DNA of 40,000 bases, from positions 1-40,000 of the forward strand of contig CAZTZO010000007.1 in assembly GCA_964618075.1 (NCBI GenBank), given 5' to 3'. Made by a program: the position numbers and the translations under genes. This stretch comes from an uncultured Lachnospiraceae bacterium (lineage in GTDB: Bacteria > Bacillota > Clostridia > Eubacteriales > Anaerofustaceae). This document shows, in pieces, positions 30,892 through 40,000 of the stretch (position 1 is its first letter; every line of letters begins with the position of its first letter). The notes under the pieces were generated by a model. It worked only from the letters and a program-made list of their open reading frames with translations, made no database searches and had not been told where the DNA came from.

Positions 30892-31422
30892 ATGAAAAAA
30901 GAACTTCAGGAAAAAATAGCAACAGGTATCAAGGACTTTCAATTACCCTCCTACGACAAGCTTCCCGACGTGGGACTTTATCTTGAGCAGACGGTAAAGC
31001 TCATTAATTCTTATTTATCGGCATTCGATTCCATGCAACTGACTACATCCATGGTCAGCAATTATGTAAAGAAAAAAATGATAGACACCCCGATAAAAAA
31101 ACAGTATTACCAGCAGCATATATCAAGACTTATATTTATTGCGATGATGAAATCCGTGCTTTCTTTAGATGATATCGGCAAGCTTATCACATTACAAAAA
31201 GAATGCTACGAAACGTCTATTGCTTATGATTATCTGTGTGATGAATTCAAAAACGTGCTTTTATTTACCTTCGGGCTGAGCGACAACGTAAAAAAACTCG
31301 GCAAAACTGATACGGACGCAAAGGATCTGTTTACAACGGCAATAACGACTGTCGCAAACAAAATATACCTTGACGCATACATAAGATCCTTTCGAGAAGA
31401 AAGAATGAAAGAAGAAGAGTAA
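30892..31422 (+). CDS. DUF1836 domain-containing protein
   Basis: DFQLPSYDKLPDVGLYLEQTVKLINSYL...LTTSMVSNYVKKKMIDTPIKKQYYQQHISRLIFIAMMKSVLSLDDI. Confidence 0.85.
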   Translation: MKKELQEKIATGIKDFQLPSYDKLPDVGLYLEQTVKLINSYLSAFDSMQLTTSMVSNYVKKKMIDTPIKKQYYQQHISRLIFIAMMKSVLSLDDIGKLITLQKECYETSIAYDYLCDEFKNVLLFTFGLSDNVKKLGKTDTDAKDLFTTAITTVANKIYLDAYIRSFREERMKEEE

Positions 31423-31433
31423 TAGTATTTACT

Positions 31434-31937
31434 CTACTTAGTTTTGTCAAGCTGCTTTTGTGCCAGCTCGACGTAAAGAGATGCGGTTTGCAAAGTAGAG
31501 AGCGTCTCTTCATTTGTCAACTGCCTTATTGTTTTTGCAGGATTGGAATACGATAAAGTATTCTTCTTAAAAATTTTACCCTTCGTGACCAAAGAGCCTG
31601 CGCCGAGGATACAGCCGTCTTCTATAATTGCATCGTTAAGCACAACAGCACCTGTACCTATAAGACATCCGTCGCCTATTGTACAGCCGTTTAAAACGAC
31701 ATTGTGACCGATAACGCAGTTTTTCCCGACTTTGACGTTGCCGTGTATTACGCAGTTATCCTCGATAGCGGTGCCCTCTCCTATATATACCGGTCCTACG
31801 TCAGCTCTGATAACCGCGTTATACCAGATGTTGGCGTCTTTTTCTATTACAACGTCTCCTATTATGCAGCTGTTAAACGCGCAGTATGCTCCGCTCTTTA
31901 CTATCGGTTTTTTATCCTCAAAATCTTTTATATACAT
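31434..31937 (-). CDS. Gamma carbonic anhydrase / left-handed beta-helix hexapeptide family protein
   Basis: IGDVVIEKDANIWYNAVIRADVGPVYIGEGTAIEDNCVIHGNVKVGKNCVIGHNVVLNGCTIGDGCLIGTGAVVLNDA. Confidence 0.92.
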   Translation of the reverse strand: MYIKDFEDKKPIVKSGAYCAFNSCIIGDVVIEKDANIWYNAVIRADVGPVYIGEGTAIEDNCVIHGNVKVGKNCVIGHNVVLNGCTIGDGCLIGTGAVVLNDAIIEDGCILGAGSLVTKGKIFKKNTLSYSNPAKTIRQLTNEETLSTLQTASLYVELAQKQLDKTK

Positions 31938-31956
31938 TTGTTTTCCTCTTTTGCCG

Positions 31957-33873
31957 CTATTGTATCATAATACCTTCTGTATTCATAAATCTGATAAAAT
32001 CATCGCCCTTCATCGGCATAGCGTAAAAATAGCCCTGTATATTATCCGCCTTACTTTGAATAACAAAATCCGCTTCACTGTCGTTTTCCACTCCCTCAAC
32101 GACTGTGCCCATTCCAAGCTGAGTGAACATACTGACGGTTTTTTCGAAAATTATCCTGTTCTGCGGATTCATCATAGCGGCAGTAAGCATACTTTTATCG
32201 AGCTTTATTGTGGAAAAAGGCAGGCTCATAAGAATAGAGATATTCGAATACCCCGTTCCGTAGTCGTCCAGAACAAACTTAAAGCCGTATTTGCTGAGAT
32301 GCTCTATGTTAGTATGCAGCGAGTCAAATTCGCTCACAGCGGTCGATTCGGTTATCTCAAAGAGTATGTACGAAGGGTCGACCCCATTATCACTGACAGT
32401 CTGCATAACCCTTTCGGAAAGCTCGTTATTTATAAACTCCGCAGGCGATAAATTCAGCTCGAAATGCTTTATGCCAAGCTTGCCGGCAGGATCGTAGGTT
32501 TTGATAAATTCGCAGACTTTTTTTAAGACTATCGAATCTATTTCGGCTACAACACCCTGTTTTTCCGCTATCGGAATAAATTCAGACGGAGCGATACTTC
32601 CGACATTGTCGGGAGAAAAGCGCACCAGTGCTTCCACGGACGAAAACGACTTCGATTTAATGGAATATATTGGCTGATAATACACCTCGAAGCTTTCGGT
32701 TGCTATAGCCTTCATAAGCTCCGTTTCCACCATATTGCGCCTCTTCATATCGCGCATCATATCCACGCTGATAATGCTTGCCGTTCCGCGTTTTGCTTCG
32801 GAAATGACAGTTTCTATCATATTACAGGCGTCGTTTGCATTTTTTATATCGTTGGTATTTTCTATTGCGCATATAGTCGTATACGGCTTTATTTCCACTC
32901 CCTGTACAACGCATGTTTCAAGAAGCGACTTTCTTATTTTGTTATATGCTTCCAAGCCGTCGTCCTCGTCTATTGTTATCAGGACAAAGACATTTCCGAG
33001 AAATCTAAACACCCACCCTTCATTGGAAACGGAATTGATCTGCTCTGAGAGCTTCGCAAGCAATTCGTCGCCGAAGGACATCCCGAAGATACGGTTTATT
33101 CTCCTTAAGTTATGCAGCTCGACAGTCGTCATTTTGTATACCTTTGAGCTCTCGGACAAATCGGATATGAGCATAAACATCGCCTCTCGGTTAAAGACGT
33201 TTGTCATGCTGTCAAGCATATCCTCGGGTTTTTGCATAATGAGATACATCATCGTTATTGCAATAGCCATTCCTGCACTCGTTAAAAGAAGATATGGCAT
33301 CATATATTGCAAACCAACAGCAATAACAATTATTATCAGCGCGCTCAGCATAGTATTAAACTGCTTGTTTGTTAGATTTTTTTTATAATTGAAAAGCGTG
33401 ATAAACGAAAGCACAATATAAAAAACAAGTACGATATAACATAAGACAAAAGGTGCGCAGTGTATGTAATCACCTGCTGAGTTTACATAAAACATGACAT
33501 GCGTGAAGGGATTAATAAGAAACAACAATATCACGACTAAGGCAGGGAACAAGAATACAGCGACTGATTTAATATTTTTAGCAAGCTTTTTTGCGTTTAT
33601 TATAACGTATATGTATATGAGGGCGGAAAATCCCACTTGCAGAAGATAAAACGTAGTGTTTACAGTATAAACGAACCACTCGGCTAGCAGAGCGCAGTTT
33701 TCATATATAATTGAGCTTGCGATATCAAGCAATACGTCGATTACGGAACAAATCAATATTATCGAAAAGGCTTTGTTTCGTCTGTCGGGGAACTGTCTTT
33801 TTGAAAAATACATTATAACGATGATGATAAGAAACACCGCTGACATGATGGCATAGTCGTATATATACTTCAT
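31957..33873 (-). CDS. Membrane protein with degenerate GGDEF domain and EAL c-di-GMP phosphodiesterase domain
   Basis: N-terminal multi-TM region; GGDEF-like DSMTNVFNREAMFMLI...WVFRFLGNVFVLI without GG(D/E)EF; EAL hallmarks SSVEALVRF, LNLSPAEF, FVLDDYGTGYSN, LKLD-type KLDKSML. Confidence 0.9.
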   Translation of the reverse strand: MKYIYDYAIMSAVFLIIIVIMYFSKRQFPDRRNKAFSIILICSVIDVLLDIASSIIYENCALLAEWFVYTVNTTFYLLQVGFSALIYIYVIINAKKLAKNIKSVAVFLFPALVVILLFLINPFTHVMFYVNSAGDYIHCAPFVLCYIVLVFYIVLSFITLFNYKKNLTNKQFNTMLSALIIIVIAVGLQYMMPYLLLTSAGMAIAITMMYLIMQKPEDMLDSMTNVFNREAMFMLISDLSESSKVYKMTTVELHNLRRINRIFGMSFGDELLAKLSEQINSVSNEGWVFRFLGNVFVLITIDEDDGLEAYNKIRKSLLETCVVQGVEIKPYTTICAIENTNDIKNANDACNMIETVISEAKRGTASIISVDMMRDMKRRNMVETELMKAIATESFEVYYQPIYSIKSKSFSSVEALVRFSPDNVGSIAPSEFIPIAEKQGVVAEIDSIVLKKVCEFIKTYDPAGKLGIKHFELNLSPAEFINNELSERVMQTVSDNGVDPSYILFEITESTAVSEFDSLHTNIEHLSKYGFKFVLDDYGTGYSNISILMSLPFSTIKLDKSMLTAAMMNPQNRIIFEKTVSMFTQLGMGTVVEGVENDSEADFVIQSKADNIQGYFYAMPMKGDDFIRFMNTEGIMIQ

Positions 33874-33981
33874 TTATGTTCTCTCCTTAGCTGCTTATAT
33901 ACGGATGCGACTTTTATAACATATTAATCATACAATATTTTCTATGATAATGCAAATCCAAAAATATGTGCCTATAACAAA

Positions 33982-34020
33982 AAAGCAAGTTTTTTTGATT
34001 TCAGTCAAAATTCTTGCTTT
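33982..34020. terminator. Long terminator hairpin downstream of argD
   Basis: AAAGCAAG (33982..33989)/CTTGCTTT (34013..34020), with inner TTTTGA/TCAAAA pairing and T tracts on both sides. Confidence 0.8.
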
Positions 34021-34074
34021 TGTTTTTGCTTATATTCTATTTCGTGACTGAAATGTGACTGAATATAGTATATT

Positions 34075-35259
34075 TCAGTCGCATACAAGTATTCCCTCGA
34101 GTATCTTCACAGCTTTATCTATATCCTGCCTTGACACTATAAGAGGAGGAAGAAGTCTTAGCTTTGTTTTGGCAGTCAGGCATAAAAGTCCTTGTTCCAT
34201 TGCCGCCTTTAATACGTCTTTTGCATTTATACCGTCCTCAAAACAAATACCGAGCATTAGCCCCATTCCGTCAACGCTTTTTACCTTTGGCAGCGAAGTA
34301 AGCTTTTTCTTAAGATATAAACCGTTTTCTTCTATTTGTGAGAGCATTTTCTCATCTAAACGCGAAAGCACAACATTTGCTCCCGCACATACAACGGGAT
34401 TGCCCCCAAATGTGCTTCCGTGATCTCCCGGCTGAAACACGTCCTTTGTTTTTTCGTTGAACAAAACGGCTCCTATCGGCAAGCCGCCGCCCAAGCCCTT
34501 TGCAAGCGTAACGATATCTGCTTTAACGGAATAATGCTCTAAAGCAAGCAGCTTGCCGGTACGACCTATACCTGTCTGAACCTCGTCTGAAATCATTATC
34601 AAATCGTTTTCATCACAAAGCGCGCGTACGCCCTTGACGAAATCCTCATCAAGAGGGATAACACCGCCTTCTCCTTGAACAGGCTCGATTATTATTGCGC
34701 AGGTTCGTTTATTAATTGTTTTTTTAAGCTGTTCAATGTCGTTTGCATCAGAATATACTATCCCCGGCGCCAAAGGCCCGAAGTTGTTGTGGAACACCTC
34801 CTGCCCGTTTACGGTAAGCGTAAAAACGGTACGTCCATGAAAGCTGTTGTTCAGACTGATAATTTCATAGCGAGCGCTTTCTTCAGAATATTTGTCCAAA
34901 GAATATTTTCTTGCCGCCTTGAGTGCGCCCTCGTTGGCTTCTGCTCCGCTGTTTGCAAAGAAAACGCTCTTGTAGCCTGTTCTGTTGCAGAGAGTCTCGG
35001 CTAATTTTGCGTCAGGCTGAATGAAAAAAAGATTGCTGGTATGCTGAAGCGTTTTTGCCTGAGTGGACACCGCCTCGACCCACTCATTATCGCAGTAGCC
35101 CAAGCTGTTTACGCCTATTCCACTCGTAAAATCCAGATATTCTTTCTTATTACTGTCATATGCGTACATACCCTTGCCGCGTACAAGCTCAAGCTCATTG
35201 CGTGCATAGGAATGCACTATGTATTTATCATAAAGTGATATCGTATTATCCTTTTCCAT
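34075..35259 (-). CDS. argD: Acetylornithine aminotransferase
   Basis: LDFTSGIGVNSLGYC, VFFANSGAEANEGALKAARKY, LIMISDEVQTGIGRTGK, DIVTLAKGLGGGLPIG; operon context. Confidence 0.96.
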   Translation of the reverse strand: MEKDNTISLYDKYIVHSYARNELELVRGKGMYAYDSNKKEYLDFTSGIGVNSLGYCDNEWVEAVSTQAKTLQHTSNLFFIQPDAKLAETLCNRTGYKSVFFANSGAEANEGALKAARKYSLDKYSEESARYEIISLNNSFHGRTVFTLTVNGQEVFHNNFGPLAPGIVYSDANDIEQLKKTINKRTCAIIIEPVQGEGGVIPLDEDFVKGVRALCDENDLIMISDEVQTGIGRTGKLLALEHYSVKADIVTLAKGLGGGLPIGAVLFNEKTKDVFQPGDHGSTFGGNPVVCAGANVVLSRLDEKMLSQIEENGLYLKKKLTSLPKVKSVDGMGLMLGICFEDGINAKDVLKAAMEQGLLCLTAKTKLRLLPPLIVSRQDIDKAVKILEGILVCD

Positions 35260-36133
35260 TCATCTGCCTCCTGAGTTTTTTATAAAAGAGTGTTCCGCAG
35301 CCTTTATCGGAAAATATTTCCATAAACAGTGAATGCGGTTTTCTTCCGTCTATTATCACAGCCTCTGCAACTCCCGCTTCGACGCATTCCACACATCCCT
35401 TTATTTTTGGTATCATACCGCCCTGTATAACGCCGCTTTTTATAAAATTATCGACCTGAGCTATTTCGACCTCGTCGATGAGTGTGGATTCATCGTCCTT
35501 ATCAGACAATAGCCCCGCAACGTCCGTCATGCTGATTATCTTTTCAGCTCCCAGCGCTATGGCTATTTTGCACGCTGCCGTATCTGCGTTTATGTTGTAA
35601 GCGATACCCGATTTGTCCATGCCGACTGTCGCTATTACCGGGATAAAGCTGTTTTCCAAAAGGTATTTGATAAGCTTGACGTTGACACTTACTATCTCGC
35701 CCACATGACCGAGATCCGTCTCGGTTTTCTTTTTTTCGCAAAGGAGCATTTCGCCGTCCATGCCGCACAGCCCAACACCATAGCCCTCAAGCATAGCGAC
35801 AAGATTTTTATTGACCTTGCCTGCCAATACCTGCTGGACTGCCTCCATTGTCTCATCGTCTGTCTTTCGTAAGCCTCCGACGAACTCCGGCTCCTTGCCC
35901 ATAAGCTCAAGCTGTTTATTTATATCCGGCCCTCCGCCATGTACAAGCACGACCTTTATGCCTATCATATTTAAAGTGATAAGATCCTTCATGACGGCGC
36001 GTTTTAATTCGTCGCTTACCATAGCGTTTCCGCCGTATTTAACGACCATGACCTTGGAGCGGTACTTCTCTATATATGGCTGTGCTTCACTTAAGAGCCC
36101 CACGAACATATCGGTATTTCGGTTTGTTTCCAT
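35246..36133 (-). CDS. argB: Acetylglutamate kinase
   Basis: VMVVKYGGNAMV, VLVHGGGPDINKQL, IIDGRKPHSLFMEIFSDKGCGTLF. Confidence 0.97.
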   Translation of the reverse strand: METNRNTDMFVGLLSEAQPYIEKYRSKVMVVKYGGNAMVSDELKRAVMKDLITLNMIGIKVVLVHGGGPDINKQLELMGKEPEFVGGLRKTDDETMEAVQQVLAGKVNKNLVAMLEGYGVGLCGMDGEMLLCEKKKTETDLGHVGEIVSVNVKLIKYLLENSFIPVIATVGMDKSGIAYNINADTAACKIAIALGAEKIISMTDVAGLLSDKDDESTLIDEVEIAQVDNFIKSGVIQGGMIPKIKGCVECVEAGVAEAVIIDGRKPHSLFMEIFSDKGCGTLFYKKLRRQMNGKG

Positions 36134-36149
36134 TAGTTACCTTCCTTGC

Positions 36150-37367
36150 TTATGAACGGTAATCTCCGTTTATCTTTACGTAATCATATGTAAGGTCACA
36201 GCCCCACGCACCGGCTGAATATGTGCCGTTGTGCATATCCACAAGCACGGTTATCTCGTTTTCACTTAATATTTTCTTTGCCTTATCTTCGTCGAATGCC
36301 AGCGCACCGGAATTCTTGCATACGGCAATTTCTCCCGCCTTGCTCTTTAAAGCAATATCTATATTATCTATCGAAAAATCCCCTTCAGCATAACCAATGG
36401 CGCATATGGCTCTTCCCCAGTTTGCGTCGGAGCCGAATATGGCGGCTTTGAATAAGCTTGAGGATATAACGCTTTTGGAGATTTTACGTGCCGTTATTTT
36501 TGTGGGCGCATTGTTAACTTCGCAGGTTATAAGCTTCGTTGCACCTTCGCCGTCAAAGGCTATCATGCGCGACATATATAAAGTTACTTTATTCAGAGCC
36601 GCACAAAACACCTTGTAGCCGTCATCGTCTTCACTCTTCAATTCGTCATTTCCCGCTTCACCGTTTGCCAAAATCACTACGGAATCGTTCGTGGAGGTAT
36701 CTCCGTCAACACTGATTTGATTGAAGGTGTCTAAGATATCGTTTGAAAGAGACTTTTGAAGCAGCTTCGGGCTTATAGAAACGTCTGTGGTTATGAATAT
36801 GAGCATTGTAGCCATATTCGGGTTTATCATGCCGCTTCCCTTTCCGATAGAACCGATTCGGCAAGTCTTGCCTCCAAGCTCAAATTCCAGAGCTATTTCC
36901 TTTAAGACCGTATCGGTCGTCATGATAGCATGAGCCGCCTTGTCGCTTCCGTCCTTTGATAGCTTCTCAACTACAAGAGGAATACCAACCTTAAACGGCT
37001 CTATCGACAGCTCCGAGCCGATAACGCCGGTAGAAGCCACAACGATGTCCTCATTAGATAAGCCAAGATGCTCTGATAGTAAAGCGCATGTTTCTTCGGC
37101 AATATCCAGCCCGTTTGCATTGCAGGTATTTGCGTTGCCGCTGTTGCATATTATGGCTTGGGCATATCCATTTTCTATGTGCTTTTTTGTTATGTATATA
37201 GGCGCGCCCTTGACCTTGTTTTGTGTATACACTGCCGCTGCCGAACAGCTTTTATCGCTTAATATCAAAGCAAGATCCTCTTTTGAAGCGTTCTTTCTTA
37301 TACCGCAGTGAACCCCCGAAGCTTTAAATCCCTTTGGTGCGCTAACGCCTCCGTTTATCTGTTTCAT
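36150..37367 (-). CDS. argJ: Bifunctional glutamate N-acetyltransferase/amino-acid acetyltransferase ArgJ
   Basis: KGSGMINPNMATMLIFITTD (autoprocessing/catalytic Thr motif), GNANTCN, NTFNQISVDGDTSTNDSV. Confidence 0.97.
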   Translation of the reverse strand: MKQINGGVSAPKGFKASGVHCGIRKNASKEDLALILSDKSCSAAAVYTQNKVKGAPIYITKKHIENGYAQAIICNSGNANTCNANGLDIAEETCALLSEHLGLSNEDIVVASTGVIGSELSIEPFKVGIPLVVEKLSKDGSDKAAHAIMTTDTVLKEIALEFELGGKTCRIGSIGKGSGMINPNMATMLIFITTDVSISPKLLQKSLSNDILDTFNQISVDGDTSTNDSVVILANGEAGNDELKSEDDDGYKVFCAALNKVTLYMSRMIAFDGEGATKLITCEVNNAPTKITARKISKSVISSSLFKAAIFGSDANWGRAICAIGYAEGDFSIDNIDIALKSKAGEIAVCKNSGALAFDEDKAKKILSENEITVLVDMHNGTYSAGAWGCDLTYDYVKINGDYRS

Positions 37368-37407
37368 TTTAATTTACTCCGTATATTAAATTTATTTAGA
37401 CCTGTAT

Positions 37408-38340
37408 TTATATAACAAGTCCCTTTGTTTCTTCAATTCCCAGCATTATATTTGCGCACTGCAGCGCCGCTCCCGAGCTTCCCTTGCCAAGGTTATCGAA
37501 AAGTGAGGTGATTAGAACCATATCTGCTTTTGAGTACACGCTTAAAGACATACAGTCCCTTCCCGCAAACGTGTTTGCCGCCATAAAGCCGTCCTCGGGC
37601 AAGGTGTTCATGGGATTAACATTTATAAGCGATTCATCCTTATAGTACTCTAAAAGGTATTCCCGAACTTGTTCGGCGCAAGATACATTTTTTAAAAGAG
37701 GCAGAAACAGAGGCACGCTCACAAGCATTCCGCAGTAATAGTCGTCAACTACCGGAGTGAATAATACGCTGTTTTCAAGCTCGCAAATCTTCTGCATTTC
37801 GTTTAAGTGCTTGTGGGAAAGAGTAAGCCCATACATTCTCGGAGAAAACATTTTTTTCGTTTTCTCGTTTTCGTACTGCTGTATCATAGTCTTTCCGCCG
37901 CCCGAATATCCCGTAAGCGAGTTGACGCTTAAAAAGGCGTCCTTCGGGATTATACCGCCCTGCACGAGAGGAGCGACTATCGAGATAAACCCGCTGGCAT
38001 GACAGCCGGGGATACTCACTCTTGATGAATTTCTTATATCTTCTCTTTTCTTTATTTCGGGAAAACCGTATACCCAAGCCTCGTTTGTGCGGTGCGCCGT
38101 GGAGGTATCGCATATTTTTGCACCCTCAGGCGCAAGCGCTGCTATCTCCTTTGATGCTATATCCGGCAGACAAAGAATTGAAAGATCCGCTTTTGCCACC
38201 ATATCCAAACGAGCGCTTATATCCTTACGATTCTCGTCCGAAAGAGAAAGAAGACTCATATCGTTGCGCTTTTTTATCCTTTCAAATATCCTAAGCCCCG
38301 TTGTTCCCGAGGCTCCGTCGACAAATATATTGAAGCTCAT
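37408..38340 (-). CDS. argC: N-acetyl-gamma-glutamyl-phosphate reductase
   Basis: MSFNIFVDGASGTTGLRIFERI, HGCHASGF-type sequence VSIPGCHASGFISI, SVNSLTGYSGGGK. Start at internal Met (38340) preferred over 38370. Confidence 0.94.
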   Translation of the reverse strand: MSFNIFVDGASGTTGLRIFERIKKRNDMSLLSLSDENRKDISARLDMVAKADLSILCLPDIASKEIAALAPEGAKICDTSTAHRTNEAWVYGFPEIKKREDIRNSSRVSIPGCHASGFISIVAPLVQGGIIPKDAFLSVNSLTGYSGGGKTMIQQYENEKTKKMFSPRMYGLTLSHKHLNEMQKICELENSVLFTPVVDDYYCGMLVSVPLFLPLLKNVSCAEQVREYLLEYYKDESLINVNPMNTLPEDGFMAANTFAGRDCMSLSVYSKADMVLITSLFDNLGKGSSGAALQCANIMLGIEETKGLVI

Positions 38341-38369
38341 GTTTCCGGCTTCCTTTCTTTTATTATGCA

Positions 38370-38522
38370 TGTATAAATATACATCTCTTATGCAGCTTGG
38401 ATACGTCTCACAGTTTAGTCTTGTAAAGCAATAAATGGCTTTTTTACGAGATTTATCACTTTATGTATGTCTTATACATATTAATGCATTTATATAAAGA
38501 AGTCAACAATTGTATAAATATT
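38370..38522 (-). promoter_or_regulatory. argCJBD promoter region with ARG-box-like sites
   Basis: TTGACT (38501..38506)-N17-TAATAT (38478..38483) on minus; box-like TGTATAAATATW at 38370..38381 and 38511..38522. Confidence 0.55.
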
Positions 38523-38720
38523 AATACGAAATTAACCAACATTAGGCTATTATGCCCTTTAAAACATGCTCATTTCTATTTTGTTTGTCTTTAAAAAAAA
38601 GTTATTTGCTTTATTATCAGGCAGTCATATAACTGTATTCACTTAAATCTTAATATATTATTAATTGTAATAAGCAGGTATTTCTGCTATAATGAAAAAA
38701 ATATCGAAATGGTAGAAAAA

Positions 38721-39215
38721 ATGGCGAAATCACGCAAAAAAATAAAACTGAAAAGTCCTAAAAAGCTGTTCGGCTTTTTTATTGTTTTACTTATTATAAT
38801 AGCATTGATTTTCGGAGGCGTTAAGCTTTTTAACGTCCTGTTTGTAGACTCCGTTATAAAGGATATCCAGACTCTTGAGAACCAGAAAGTCACGCTTATC
38901 GACAAGCAAATAAAACAGTATATGGGAGAGAACGAAACAAACGCAACTACGCTTTCTGCCGAAAACATCGTCACCTACAGGGTCATTTACAGATACCAGC
39001 TGCAAAACGGCACCATTAAAAACTACCCGGTCGACACGGGGCTCACCATAGAAGTCAGCGATACGGCGTATGCGACTGTCGTAAAGAACACCATAGTCAT
39101 TCCGACCGGCATATCTCAGAAGCAGGAGCTTAAGGTTACCGTCAAATACAAAAAAATAGACGACGTTGTCTACACTTATACAGTAGAGCCTATGACTGCG
39201 CCGGCAGCATCTTAG
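38721..39215 (+). CDS. Hypothetical single-TM extracytoplasmic protein
   Basis: KRS-type basic N-terminus (MAKSRKKIKLKSPKKL), TM FFIVLLIIIALIFGGVKLF, then a beta-rich domain. Confidence 0.6.
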   Translation: MAKSRKKIKLKSPKKLFGFFIVLLIIIALIFGGVKLFNVLFVDSVIKDIQTLENQKVTLIDKQIKQYMGENETNATTLSAENIVTYRVIYRYQLQNGTIKNYPVDTGLTIEVSDTAYATVVKNTIVIPTGISQKQELKVTVKYKKIDDVVYTYTVEPMTAPAAS

Positions 39216-39224
39216 TAAAAAAAT

Positions 39225-39255
39225 AAAAGCGCCTTGTAAGAAAAAAGGCGCTTTT
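39225..39255. terminator. Bidirectional terminator hairpin
   Basis: AAAAGCGCCTT (39225..39235) / AAGGCGCTTTT (39245..39255) between convergent genes. Confidence 0.85.
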
Positions 39256-39262
39256 TATGTAC

Positions 39263-39652
39263 TTATTTTTTAAACTGTTCCTTTGCTTCATTGATGGCGT
39301 TTCCGGCAATATCCTTTAAGCCTGCCGCTTTGTCTGAAATGTTTTCAGCCGTCTGCTGTGCTTCGCTCTTTACGTCCGCAAACTTATCGGCTGCCGCTTC
39401 ATACGTTTTTTCAACGCTCTCCCTTGCTTCGGCAAGCTTTTCACTCGCTATATCCTTTGTTCTGTCAAAGGTTTCGGTTGCGTCTTCCTTGCCCTTATTT
39501 ACCTTGTCCTCAAGCTTGTCGTATGTCTCGCTGATCTTGTCGCACGCATCGTCAAACACGTCGGATGCCTTTTCCTTGATGTTGTCTACGGCATCGGAAG
39601 CCTTATCAATAAAATCTCCCACTTTGTCTTTCAATTCTTCTTTATCCATCAT
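39263..39652 (-). CDS. Coiled-coil/amphipathic LEA- or YtxH-like small protein
   Basis: Repeated heptad/11-mer-like DKVGDFIDKASDAVDNIKEKASDVFDDACDKISETYDKLEDKVNKGKEDA...; no catalytic motif. Confidence 0.6.
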   Translation of the reverse strand: MMDKEELKDKVGDFIDKASDAVDNIKEKASDVFDDACDKISETYDKLEDKVNKGKEDATETFDRTKDIASEKLAEARESVEKTYEAAADKFADVKSEAQQTAENISDKAAGLKDIAGNAINEAKEQFKK

Positions 39653-39755
39653 AGCTCCTTTTAAAGAAATTATATTTGTCTTTGCTTAAAGTATACCATA
39701 AATTAAATGCTTTTTTTAAATTTTCATATTATTATTTGATTAATCACACCTACTC

Positions 39756-40000
39756 TTAATACATGATAAGCTCTATAAGCTCGTCGTTTGTTAAATTCGC
39801 TATATAATCCCCTGCGTTTATATTTAAAAGGCGCTCTTTTATGTCCTTTTGATTAAACGGCACGTTTGAGAGGATACCTTCAAGCTGACGGATACTATCG
39901 TTTTCAAAGAAATCTCCGCAAAAGGAAATACCTTCTATTCTGTTATTTTTTACATTAAAGCCTGCTTCTATAATGCCCGCAGTAAACTTCTTTCTTTTAA
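39756..40000 (-). CDS. C-terminal end of a lipoate-protein ligase A-like protein (partial)
   Basis: Manual translation of minus strand: KRKKFTAGIIEAGFNVKNNRIEGISFCGDFFENDSIRQLEGILSNVPFNQKDIKERLLNINAGDYIANLTNDELIELIMY*, matching the LplA C-terminal I...FxGDFF pattern. Confidence 0.65.
   Translation of the reverse strand, partial: KRKKFTAGIIEAGFNVKNNRIEGISFCGDFFENDSIRQLEGILSNVPFNQKDIKERLLNINAGDYIANLTNDELIELIMY

Noticed and set aside
34055-34423. 122-aa plus-strand ORF opposite argD
   Set aside because: It lies within a clearly coding argD on the opposite strand, with no recognizable domain.
39291-39689. 132-aa Ser/Ala-rich plus-strand ORF
   Set aside because: It is antisense to the charged LEA-like protein. 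The composition is the complement of Asp/Glu/Lys/Ala codons.

Overview
The window looks like a low-to-moderate GC Firmicutes/Clostridia-type chromosome segment, judged from its CIRCE-hrcA-grpE-dnaK-dnaJ operon, DUF1836 and DegV families and A/T-rich promoters. From left to right it contains: a truncated tRNA-Met; a surface-glycan gene patch with an acyltransferase broken by an in-frame stop, two GT2 glycosyltransferases, a SAM methyltransferase with a tandem-repeat coiled-coil tail and an NAD-dependent epimerase; two divergent small ribbon-helix-helix proteins; desulfoferrodoxin; argG-argH; an ACT protein; an MFS/GPH transporter; and a PurD-like/MerR-like/lepA/hemW/hrcA-grpE-dnaK-dnaJ stretch. 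Further right are a Nudix hydrolase, a frameshifted DUF5131 gene, an M42 peptidase, an XpaC-TelA-LemA-like-TPM operon, a pyrimidine nucleoside phosphorylase, DegV, DUF1836, gamma carbonic anhydrase, a degenerate-GGDEF/EAL membrane protein, the argCJBD operon, small envelope-type proteins and the end of a lipoate-protein ligase. No CRISPR array, transposase, integrase or known defence system was seen. The best candidates for something undescribed are: (1) a PurD paralog lacking part of the ATP-grasp fold and its catalytic signature, translationally coupled to a MerR-like regulator; (2) two divergent orphan RHH proteins, one of them absent from the supplied ORF track, sharing a GTTCATA/TATGAAC operator array embedded in both promoters; (3) a conserved-looking XpaC-TelA-LemA-like-TPM envelope operon. 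All functional proposals are inference from sequence reading only.
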